Source: Mobula hypostoma (taxonomy: Eukaryota). Taken from it: a stretch of 64,000 bases of DNA. The position numbers and the translations under genes are program-made. The notes beneath the pieces were generated by a model. It was not told the DNA's origin, did no database searches, and saw only the letters and a list, made by a program, of their open reading frames with translations. Below are positions 51,481 through 62,468 of the stretch, piece after piece (the first letter of the stretch is position 1; each line of letters starts with the position of its first letter). The stretch lies in contig NC_086097.1 of assembly GCF_963921235.1 (NCBI RefSeq), positions 19,408,001-19,472,000 on the forward strand. The letters are read 5' to 3'.

Positions 51481-53092
51481 CACACACACAGAAAACTGGA
51501 GGAACTCAGCAGGACAGGCAGCATTGTTAGGAATGAACAGTCGACGTTTCTCGCCAAGACCCTTCTTCAGGCCTGAGAAGGAAGGGGGAAGATGCCGGAA
51601 TAAAAAGGTGGGCGGGGAGGGGAAAGAGGCTAGCCGGAAGGTGATAGGTGAAGTCTGGTGGATGGGAAAGTTCAAGGGCTGGAGAAGAAGGAATCTGATA
51701 GGAGAGGACAATAGGAGAAAGGGGAGGAGGAGGGGACCCGGGGGAAGCAATAGACAGGTGAGAAGAAGTGAACAGAGAGTGGGGAACAGAGGAAGGTGGG
51801 GTGGAAATTGTTCACCAGAAGGAGAAATCAATATTCTGCCATCAGGTTGGAGGGTGCTACATCATAGGCATCCGTTAGTCTCGTGAGACCATGGATTTGC
51901 GCCTTGGAAGGTTTCCAGGGCGCAGGCCTAGGCAAGGTTACACGGAAGACCGGCAGTTGCCCATGCTGCAAGTCTCCCCTCTCCACGCCACCGATGTTGT
52001 CCAAGGGAAGGGCACTAGGGCCGATACAGCTTGGCACTGGTGTCGCAGAGCAATGTGTGGTTAAGTGCCTTGCTCAAGGACACAACACGCTACCTCAGCT
52101 GAGGCTCAAACTAGCGACCTTCAGATCACTAGACCGATGCCTTAACCACTTGGCCACATGCCAACACTACACAGATGGAATATAAGGTGCTGCTCCTTCA
52201 TCCTTAGGGTGGCCTCATCTTGACACAAGAGGAGGCCATGGATCGACAAATCGGAATGGGAAAGGGAATCGGAATTAAAATATTTGGCCACCAGGATGTC
52301 CCACTTGTGGCAGATGGTGTGGAGGTGTTCGACAAAGCTGTCTCCCAATTTACGATGAGCCTCACCAATGTAGAGCACACCTCATCAGGAGCACCGGACA
52401 CAATAGAAGATACCAGCAGATTCGAAGGTGAAGTGTTGCCTCACCTGAGAGGACTGTTTGGGGCTCTGAATGGAGTTGAGGGAGGAGATGTATGGGCAGG
52501 TGTAGCACTTGGGCCACTTGCAGATAGGGAGATAGGGTGGGAAGAGATAGGGCAGGATAACCTTATAAGCTTCTAAAAGATGTCGGTTCACAGTTTGCCT
52601 CCAGAGATGGAGACAGAGAGGTCACAAAAGGGGAGAGGGGTGTCAGAGATGGACCAAGTAAATTTAAGGACAGGGTGGAAGTTAGAGGCAAAATTGATAA
52701 AACTGACAAGCTCAGCACGGGTGCATGAAACAGTGCCAATGTCGTCGTCATTGACGCTGAGGAAGAGTTAGGGAGTATAACCGGAGAAAGCTTTGAACAG
52801 AGACTGAAGATGAAGAGGCGGGCATAGCTTGTGCCAATGCGAGTGCCCATGCCTACCCCGTCTGGTTTGGAGATAGTGGAAGGGGCTGAGGGAAAAATTA
52901 TTTAGGGTGAGGACCAGTTCTGCCAGACGGAGGAGGCTGGTGGTGGAGGGGAATTGGATGGTTCTTTTGTCAAGAAAGAGGCCTTCCTGGTGGGGAATAG
53001 AAGTGTATAGGGACTGAACATCCATGGTGAAGACAAGGCGGTCAGGGCCAGGGAATTGAATGTCACTGAGAAGATTGAGGCATCAGAAGTGT
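51481..53092 (-). mobile_element. Penelope-like element (RT + Cys-rich linker + GIY-YIG endonuclease + 3' hammerhead), internally deleted
   Basis: MDVQSLYTSIPH, LAELVLTLNNF, MGTRIGTSYA (PLE RT); CKWPKCYTCPY...IFYCVRCS; LYIGEAHRKLGDSFVEH...EQHLIFHL (GIY-YIG); HHR at 51538-51575 reads caggc CTGAAGA agggtcttggcga GAAACGTC gactg on the minus strand. Confidence 0.92.
51861..52167 (-). mobile_element. tRNA-derived SINE with a CORE-like body, inserted in the Penelope element
   Basis: Minus strand: A box TGGCCAAGTGG (52146-52156), B-box-like GTTTGAGCC, then tgtgtccttgagcaaggcacttaacc (CORE-like); the Penelope sequence resumes on both sides. Confidence 0.8.
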
Positions 53093-53218
53093 CAGAATCA
53101 GAATCAGGTTTATTATCACCGCCGTGTGCCATGAAATTTGTTAACTTAGCAGCAGCAGTTCAATGTAACACATGGTAATATAGAAAGAAAAATAAATAAC
53201 AGTAAGTAGATATATGTA

Positions 53219-54552
53219 CAGTGCCTATAAAAATGTTCCTTAAGGTTGTTTTTGCCGGGGGGGGGGGGGTAGTAATGGGGACAAGCTCCCACTACCTATT
53301 AAATGCTCCAGATGGCCTGCATCTCAACTAGCCTCTGACAACCAGCTCCTGGCCATCACATGAGGCTTAGCTACTTACCCCGGGGGAACTGTTTCTACTG
53401 GCAGAAGGGGCAAAGTTAGGTTACAGGCGCCTTAAAACTAGTCACTTCAGGCAGATGGGGCTTCTCAGCTGCGGTTGGCAGATCACCCAGGAGAAGGAAA
53501 ACTCTGATCTCAAACCTCCACTGCCTTCTGGCTATATCCACTTGTGGGGAAGGCTTTGGGAGTGAACACCGAGGGAAAAGACAGGAGCTGGAGTCCCTAA
53601 GGCAGTCTGACATTAAGTTCAATGATCAGTGTTGATTGGCAAATCCTGCGACACTGCTGGTGCGCAAACTGTATCGGTCTCTACCGTACCTTTGCATGGG
53701 GGGGCGGATGATCTCCATTTAACTAGTTATATGATTTCTAAAACCAATTGGCTGCACAAGTGATGATTTGGTGTGTCTTATTAAAGGGGGTGAATGCTTA
53801 TGCAATAAATTATTCCATGTTTTATATTTGTAATTAATATTTGTAATTAACCCAGGCAGTGTTGTTGTATGCACAGTCACCCATCTCAGCCAATGAAGTT
53901 TGTAACTCCTCCAGAGTTGTCACAGGTCTCTTAGTAGCCTCTCTCACTCGTCCCTTTCATGCACGGTCACTCAGTTTTTGAGGATGGCCTTTTCTAAGTA
54001 GATTTACAACTGTGCCATATTCTTTCCATTTCTTGATGATTGACTTAACTGTACTCCAAGGGATATTCAGCAACTTGGCAATTTTCTTGTAGCCATCTCC
54101 TGACTTGTGCTTTTCAATAACCTTTTCAAAGAGGTGCTTGGAGAATTTTTATGTCTTCATGGTGTAGTTTTTGCCAGGATGCTGACTCACCAGCAGTTGG
54201 ACCTTCCAGATACAGGTGTATTTTTACTACAATCAATCGAAACATTTTAACTGTACATGGCGATCTCCATTTAACTAGTTATATGATTTCTAAAACCAAT
54301 TGGCTGCACCAGTGATGATTTGGCATGTCTTATTAAAGGGGGTGAATGCTTATGCAATAAATTATTCTGTGTTTTATATTTGTAATTAATTTATTTCACT
54401 TTGTAGTGATCTGTTTTCACTTTGACATGAAAGAGTCTTTTTCTGTTGATCAATGGCAATAAAAGCCAAATTAAATCATCTACAATTCAATGTCGTAAAA
54501 CAAAAAAACATGAAAACTTCCGGGGGGAGGGGGGATATTTTTATAAGCACTG
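53219..54552 (-). mobile_element. Tc1/mariner DNA transposon relic with an RTE-related insert (53236-53700) and an internal duplication
   Basis: TA-flanked TIRs cagtgcctataaaa / ttttataagcactg; minus translation at about 53880-54160 KVIEKHKSGDGYKKIAKLLNIPWSTVKSIIKKWKEYGT...LEELQTSL. Confidence 0.88.
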
Positions 54553-55060
54553 TATGTTGAATAGTTAAATTGAAAATAGTACAGAAACAGGAATAATATA
54601 TATTTTTTAAAAAGTGAGGTAGTGTTCTTCGGTTCAATATCCATTCATGAATCGTCTAGCAGAGAGGAAGAAACTGCTCCTGAACTGCTGAATGTGTGCC
54701 TTTAGGCTTCTGTACCTTCTTCCTGATGGCAACAGTGAGAAGAGGGGATGCCCTGGGTGATGGAGGTCCTTAATAATGGATGTCACCTTTCTAAGACACC
54801 TGTCTTGAAGATGTCTTGGGTACTATTGAGGCTAGTATCCAAGATGGAGCTAACTAATTTTAAGGCTTTCTGTCAGGATTTTGCTCTCCACAGTACATCT
54901 ATAGAAGTTTTCAAGTGTTTCAGCTGACAAAACAATTCTCTTCAAACTCCTCATGAAATATAGCTGCTGTCTTGCCTTCATTAGAGCTGCATCAATATGT
55001 TGGGACCAGATTCGATCCTCAGAGATCATGGCCCCAGGAACTTTAAAATGCTCACTCTCA
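54553..55060 (-). mobile_element. Rex1/Babar LINE 3' fragment (tail at 53093-53218, split by the Tc1)
   Basis: WSQHIDAALMKARQQLYFMRSLKR...LENFYRCTVES; (cagaat)n tail. Confidence 0.8.
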
Positions 55061-57029
55061 AAGTGTTGTGGATGTCGATGGGAAAGGACTGAACCAAGGA
55101 TTAGTTTTATTTGTCGCGTGTACATTGAAACAGTGAAATGTATCCTTTGTGTCAACGACTAGCACAGTCTGAGGATGTGCTGTGGGGGAGTCCACAAGTG
55201 TCACCATACTTCTGGTGTCGACATAACATGCCCACAACTCACTAACCCGAACCTGTGGGTCTTTGAAATGTGGGAGGAGGCCAGAGCACCCAGAGGAAAT
55301 CTGTGCGGGCACAGGGAGAAGATACAAACAGGCAGCAGCGGGAATTGAGCCCTAATTTTCTGATCAACGGTGCTGACACTTGTTAAGTTACTTTTGTTTA
55401 AACGTACCATGGGTTAACAGTAAAGAATCATATTCTGGAAGAATTAGAGAACTTTTATTTACAGTAATAAACAAACACGTCTTAACCTAGCCACGTGCTG
55501 GAACATTCTGGCAATCCCGTGCATGCTCAGTGTTCTGTCCAATCATGTACTGGCACATCATTGTGCATGATATCACCACATCTTCCTTTCCTTAAAAAGG
55601 AAAACAATTAAAAACGTTAATCAAAGCAAATACATAATTCAACAAATCTCTGTCAGTCTCTCTGTGGGTTTACGAACACGAGTAGACCTTCTAAGTGGTA
55701 CACACAGATCTTGTATTTCCTTGTTATTATTTACATGTTTTGTCTCGTCTGCATCAGTTAACTGAATCTCTGAAGTTGGCTCTTTCTTGAGGTCTTTGCG
55801 ATTTCTTCTTACCACTGCTCCCTCCTCTGTTCGGACCATGTATGATCTGGGTTGTACTTCTTCAAGTTCTGTAGCTTTCTGTGTCCATGTGTTCATTTTG
55901 TCTTATATCCTTACTTCATCTCCTTGGTGCAGTTCAGGTAATGACGAGAACCTCTATCAAAGTATACTTTCTGCTTTGCTTTGTGTTCATCTTTCCATCT
56001 TTTCACTTGTTCACCTTCCTCTGTTCTCAGAAGGCTCTCATCTATTGGCAGATTGGATCTCAAACGGCATCTCATCAAGAGCTGAGCAGGTGAAAATCCA
56101 CATTCAAGTGGAGTACTGCGGTAGGCTAACAAGGCTTTATAAAAATCACTTTCACTATCTTTTGCTTTGTGCATCAATTTCTTGACAATTCCTGCCGATT
56201 TCTCAACTAATCCATTAGACTGAGGGAAAAATGGACTAGATGTTGTATGAACAAAGCCCCATTCACGAGCAAAATGTTTCATGCATTCACCTTTGAATTG
56301 TGGGCCATTGTCTGTGAAAACTTCATCAGGTACACCATGTCTTGAAAAAACTGATTTCATGCATGTAATTACATTCTCTGCAGTCATTCTTCCCAGACAA
56401 CACACTTCAGGATACAATGAGTAGTAATCTGTAATTAATAGATAGTCTTTGTTGTTAATTATAAAGAGATCAACGCCTACCTTCTGATAAGGTCTCTGAG
56501 GACTAGGATGTGGAAGCACTGGCTCCTTAGGGTTGCTAGGTTGGTATTTAAGGCAATATTTGACAAGAAGACACCAATTCTGCAATCTCTTGATTCATCC
56601 TGGGCCTAAACATCACTTCCCGTGCCCTTCTCTTACATTTTTCAATGCCTAGGTGGCCTTCATGAATTTTATCAAGCATTTCTTTACGGACACTTTTAGG
56701 TATAACAATTCTACTACCTTTGTACAATATCCCATCCACAACAGACAGTTCTAATCTGTGGTTCCAATAATCTTGTACTACTGAGGTACAGTCATGCCTA
56801 TTATCTGGCCATCCATTCAACACCACTTGTACTACCTGACTGAGAATGTTGTTCTTCTCTATCTCAAGACGCAGCAGTTCCAACTTTTTGGGAGCAACAG
56901 GTACAGTCTCTGTGACCACATCAATAAATACCTGAACATCAACAGTGTCCCTGTGACTGTCTTTTGTTGTTGGATCCACAGCTCTGGAAAGCGTGTCAGC
57001 CGTGTACATGAATTTTCCAGGTGTGTATG

Positions 57030-60000
57030 TGAAGCACCTTCAATTACTCCAAAAGACTGAGGTTTGGTAAAATACTGAAAGGCTTTTATTCGCTGTACAA
57101 TACGACCTCCACAGTGAGTGTCTGCCCCTGGACTGAGGAGGAGGGGCAAGGTGAACACCTTTATACAGGACTCTGTGGGAGGAGCCACAGGGGCAGTCAG
57201 CAGAGGGGTGTGTCCAGACAGGTAACTGAGTTACATAGAAACATAGAAACATAGAAAATAGGTGCAGGAGTAGGCCATTCGGCCCTTCGAGCCTGCACCG
57301 CCATTTATTATGATCATGGCTGATCATCCAACTCAGAACCCCGCCCCAGCCTTCCCTCCATACCCCTGATTCCCGTAGCCACAAGGGCCATATCTAACTC
57401 CCTCTTAAATATAGCCAATGAACTGGCCTCAACTGTTTCCTGTGGCAGAGAATTCCACAGATTCACCACTCTCTGTGTAAAGAAGTTTTTCCTAATCTCA
57501 GTCCTAAAAGGCTTCCCCTTTATCCTCAAACTGTGACCCCTTGTTCTGGACTTCCCCAACATTGGGAACAATCTTCCTGCATCTAGCCTGTCCAATCCCT
57601 TTAGGATTTTATACGTTTCAATCAGATCCCCCCTCAATCTTCTAAATTCCAACGAGTACAAGCCCAGTTCATCCAGTCTTTCTTCATATGAAAGTCCTGC
57701 CATCCCAGGAATCAATCTAGTGAACCTTCTTTGTACTCCCTCTATGGCAAGGATGTCTTTCCTCAGATTAGGGGACCAAAACTGCACACAATACTCCAGG
57801 TGTGGTCTCACCAAGGCCTTGTACAACTGCAGTAGTACCTCCCTGCTCCTGTACTCGAATCCTCTTGCTATAAATGCCAGCATACCATTCGCCTTTTTCA
57901 CCGCCTGCTGTACCTGCATGCCCACTTTCAATGACTGGTGTATAATGACACCCAGGTCTCGTTGCACCTCCCCTTTTCCTAATCGGCCACCATTCAGATA
58001 ATAATCTGTTTTCCTATTTTTGCCACCAAAGCGGATAACTTCACATTTATCCACATTAAATTGCATCTGCCATGAATTTGCCCACTCACCCAACCTATCC
58101 AAGTCACTCTGCATCCTCTTAGCATCCTCCTCACAGCTAACACTGCCACCCAGCTTCGTGTCATCCGCAAACTTGGAGATGCTGCATTTAATTCCCTCAT
58201 CCAAGTCATTAATATATATTGTAAACAGCTGAGGTCCCAGCACTGAGCCTTGTGGTACCCCACTAGTCACCACCTGCCATTCTGAAAAGGTCCCGTTTAT
58301 TCCCCCTCTTTGCTTCCTGTCTGCTAACCAATTCTTCATCTACATCAATACCTTACCCCCAATACCGTGTGCTTTAAGTTTGCACACTAATCTCCTGTGT
58401 GGGACCTTGTCAAAAGCCTTTTGAAAATCCAAATATACCACATCCACTGGTTCTCCCCTATCCACTCTACTGGTTACTACATCCTCAAAAAATTCTATGA
58501 GATTCGTCAGACATGATTTTCCTTTCACAAATCCATGCTGACTTTGTCCGATGATTTCACTGCTTTCCAAATGTGCTGTTATCACATCTTTGATAACTGA
58601 CTCCAGCAGTTTCCCCACCACCGACGTTAGGCTAACCGGTCTATAATTCCCCGGTTTCTCTCTCCCTCCTTTTTTAAAAAGTGGGGTTACATTAGCCACC
58701 TTCCAATCCTCAGGAACTAGTCCAGAATCTAACGAGTTTTGAAAAATTATCACTAATGCATCCACTATTTCTTGGGCTACTTCCTTAAGCACTCTAGGAT
58801 GCAGACCATCTGGCCCTGGGGATTTATCTGCCTTCAATCCCTTCAATTTACCTAACACCACTTCCCTACTAACAAGTATTTCGCTCAGTTCCTCCATCTC
58901 ACTGGACCCTCTGTCCCCTACTATTTCTGGAAGATTATTTATGTCCTCCTTAGTGAAGACAGAACCAAAGTAATTATTCAATTGGTCTGCCATGTCCTTG
59001 CTCCCCATAATCAATTCACCTGTTTCTGCCTGTAGGGGACCTACATTTGTCTTTACCAGTCTTTTCCTTTTTACATATCTATAAAAGCTTTTACAGTCAG
59101 TTTTTTATGTTCCCTGCCAGTTTTCTCTCATAATCTTTTTTCCCCTTCCTAATTAAGCCCTTTGTCCTCCTCTGCTGAACTCTGAATTTCTCCCAGTCCT
59201 CAGGTGAGCCACTTTCTCTGGCTAATTTATATGCTACTTCTTTGGAATTGATACTATCCCTAATTTCTCTTGTCAGCCACGGGTGCACTACCTTCCTTGA
59301 TTTATTCTTTTGTCACACTGGGATGAACAATTGTTGTAGTTCATCCATGCAACCTTTAAATGCTTGCCATTGCATATCCACCATCAATCCTTTAAGTGTC
59401 ATTTACCAGTCTATCTTAGCTAATTCACGTCTCATACCTTCAAAATTACCCCTCTTTAAGTTCAGAACCTTTGTTTCTGAATTAACTATGTCACTCTCCA
59501 TCTTAATGAAGAATTCCACCATATTATGGTCACTCTTACCCAAGGGGCCTCTCACGACAAGATTGCTAATTAACCCTTCCTCATTGCTCAAAACCCAGTC
59601 CAGAATAGCCTGCTCTCTAGTTGGTTCCTCGACATGTTGGTTCAAAAAACCATCCCGCATACATTCCAAGAAATCCTCTTCCTCAGCACCTTTACCAATT
59701 TGGTTCACCCAATCTACATGTAGATTGAAGTCACCCATTATAACTGCTGTTCCTTTATTGCACACATTTCTAATTTCCTATTTAATACCATCTCCGACCT
59801 CACTACTACTGTTAGGTGGCCTGTACACAACTCCCACCAGCGTCTTCTGCCCCTTAGTGTTACGCTGCTCTACCCATATCGATTCCACATCTTCCCGGCT
59901 TATGTCCTTCCTTTCTATTGCGTTAATCTCTTCTTTAACCAGCAACGCCACCCTACCTCCCCTTCCTTCATGTCTATCCCTCCTGAATATTGAATATCCC

Positions 60001-60377
60001 TGAACTTTGAGCTCCCATCCTTGGTCACCCTGGAGCCATGCCTCTGTGATCCCAACTATATCATAATCATTAATAACAATCTGCACTTTCAATTCATCCA
60101 CCTTATTATGAATGCTCCTTGCATTGACACACAAAGCCTTCAGGCGCTCTTTTACAACTCTCTTAGCCCTTATACAATTATGTTGAGAAGTGGCCCTTTT
60201 TAATGCTTGCCCTGGATTTGTTGGCCTGCCACTTTTACTCTTCTCCTTAGTACTTTTTGCTTCTACCCTCACTTTACACCCCTCTGTCTCTCTGCACTGG
60301 TTCCCATCCCCTGTTGTGAACTAACCTCCTCACGCTTAGCCTCTTTAATTTACAACATATATACATGGTTTACCACA
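57030..60377 (-). mobile_element. Solo LTR (about 235 bp) inserted in the Gypsy pol and split by a CR1
   Basis: TG (57030)...CA (60377); 5-bp TSD gtatg 57025-57029 / 60378-60382; removing it restores YALNVSY-TPGKFMYTADTLSR. Confidence 0.88.
57234..60348 (-). mobile_element. Young CR1 covering essentially all of ORF2 (few frameshifts)
   Basis: LCVNARSIHNK, GITEAWL, MGDFN, SDHNMV, KSPGPDG, NYRPVSLTS, YLDFQKAFD, GVPQGS, KFADDTK; (catagaaa)n tail. Confidence 0.97.
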
Positions 60378-62468
60378 GTATGACACATTCAAAGCATATC
60401 TTTGCAATTTGATCATCATTCGTTGAATTCGCAAAGGACAGTCACTTAAAGGTTTGTGAAACAATGCAATCAATGGCTTATGATCAGTTTCAACCTCGAT
60501 AGATTGCCCTGACATAAACTGGTGAAATCTCTCGCAAGCAAACACGATGCTGAGCAATTCTTTTTCAACTTGGGCATACCTTGTTTCTGGATCGGATAAT
60601 GAACGAGATGCGTATGTCACCCGTAGCCATTCCTGCTCATGTTTCTGGAGTAATACTACCCCTAAGCCTGCTTGAGATGCATCACATGAGATTTTGATAG
60701 GTCTCTCAGCATCATAAAATTTCAACACAGGTTCTTTAGTGAGCACTTTCTTGAGATTTTGCCATGCCTTCTCCTGTTCGTGGTTCCAGCTCCATTCATT
60801 TCTCCCTTTTGTTATCTGCCTCAATGGAGCAAGTTGTTCCGAAAGATTGGGTATGAATTTTCCCATGTAGTTAACCATTCCCATAAACCTGTGAACATCC
60901 TTTTTACGTTGCAGTCTTGGCATGTTCTCAATAGCAGAAACCTTCAATGGACCAGGACGCACACCCTCATTGCTGATGATATCACCCACAAAGGTAAGTT
61001 CAGTCACTCCTAGCTGACAATTGTCTTTATTCAATTTCAGGTTTGCCTTGCGTGTTGCCTCAAAGACTTGTCTGAGTCTGGCATCATGCTCTTGTTTAGA
61101 TGATCCCCAAACAATAATATTGTCCATGGAGGTATCCACACCCTCAATGTGCTCATTTGACATGTGAATAGTTTTATGGTACACTTCAGGAGCTGATGCA
61201 ATTCCAAACAGAAGCCAAGGAAAACAGTATCTGGCAATAGGAGTGTTAAAGGTACACAACTTTGAACTCGGTTCATCTAATTTGAGTTGCCAGAATCCGG
61301 AGGATGCATTTAATTTACTAAAGTACTGTGCATTAGCAAACTGTGACATAATTTCTTCACGAGTAGGCAATTTGAAATGCTCTCTTTTAGTGGCCCGATT
61401 TAAGTCTCTTGGATCTAAACAAATCCTCAGTTTTCCATTTTTCTTATCAAAAATGACAAGCAAATTGACCCATTCAGTTGGTTCATCAATTTTTTTTTAT
61501 GACTCCTAGCCTTTCCATTCTGTCTAGCTCTGTTTTCAGTAGATGACTTAATGGAAAAGGTACTTTTCTGCATGGATATATTACAGGTTGCACTGTATTG
61601 CCAATTTTAACCTGGAAGACAACCAAGCCCTTTAAACAAGTCTTCATACTCTTTCAAGTCACTGTATTCTGACTCTGTGTTGCTATCCAGGACTAAAATT
61701 CTTTTCACCAAATTAAGCCTTTCACAAGCAGATAAACCCAGAATTGACTGTACATTTTTTGGCACGACCACAAACGAAAGCGTATGCACAATATTTTTGT
61801 GTGATACCTTTGCCACGCATGTTCCTTTAACTGGAATGTCTGCATCTGAATACCCAGTCACTTTTATATTTGTCTGATGTAACTTCGGTCTTGGCTTTAA
61901 AGCATTAAACTCAGATTCTGCAAGAAAATTTACTTGCGCTCCAGTATCAAGTTTAAACAGAATATTGTTTTGATTCACTTGCAACGGAATAGTCCAGTCA
62001 TTCTTATTTTGTTTATTTTTACAAAGCACGTCGATATAAAATTCCTCACGCTCATCTTCAAGCACAGCATTTACTTGTTTCAATTTATTTTCCTTCTTTC
62101 TACTTTTACAACAGCGTGAAAAATGATTAATCTTACCGCAGCCATTGCAAATTTTGCCATATGTGGGACACTGATTTGGACAATGGTCCACAGAGGTTGG
62201 TTGAATGTGTCTACCCAGGGTCACAGAGTAGCGTCCGATCTGGAACGTCAACCGTGGGCATGATTTTTTTCTCTCCGCCAACAGAAGTACAGAGATAGAA
62301 GTCCCTCTACATTGTGTTTATTGATGTCACTGAGGCACTTGACTTGGTCAGTTCCTCTCTACCAGGGCCATGCACAGTATAATGTGCCCACAAAGTACAG
62401 AGTAAAGCTAAGTTCAAGTTCAATTTGTTTAATTTTCATCCATCCATACATATACGTATAGACTCTAT

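Larger units (their letters stand above)
55381..62190 (-). mobile_element. Gypsy LTR retrotransposon (gag zinc knuckle-PR-RT-RH-IN, PPT, 3' LTR 55381-55580), 5'-truncated, with nested insertions
   Basis: CNGCGKINHFSRCC; FKLDTGAQV; LRICLDPRDLN, FSKLNASSGFWQ; SCDASQAGLG, YAQVEKELL, ETDHKPL; IHEGHLGIEKC; VGVDLF, FTDNGPQF, PQSNGLVEK; PPT aaggaaaggaaga next to a TG...CA 200-bp LTR. Confidence 0.95.

Noticed and set aside
52100..52167. tRNA-like sequence with A and B boxes (also near 1815, 16540, 18780 and 46860)
   Set aside because: These are SINE heads joined to SINE bodies; no complete cloverleaf.
53325..53410. Possible HDV-like ribozyme in the 5' part of the RTE-related element (also about 33800-33890, minus strand)
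   Set aside because: P2-like ctcctg/caggag, P3-like gcc/ggc and a CTGA joiner are visible, but I could not build P1/P1.1, and the L3 region is degenerate in both copies. A family consensus is needed to test it.
59242..60003. 253-aa plus-strand ORF, and similar ORFs such as 279-788, 27409-27921, 29567-29992, 31072-31353 and 57720-58001
   Set aside because: These are antisense shadows of CR1 ORFs, not independent genes.
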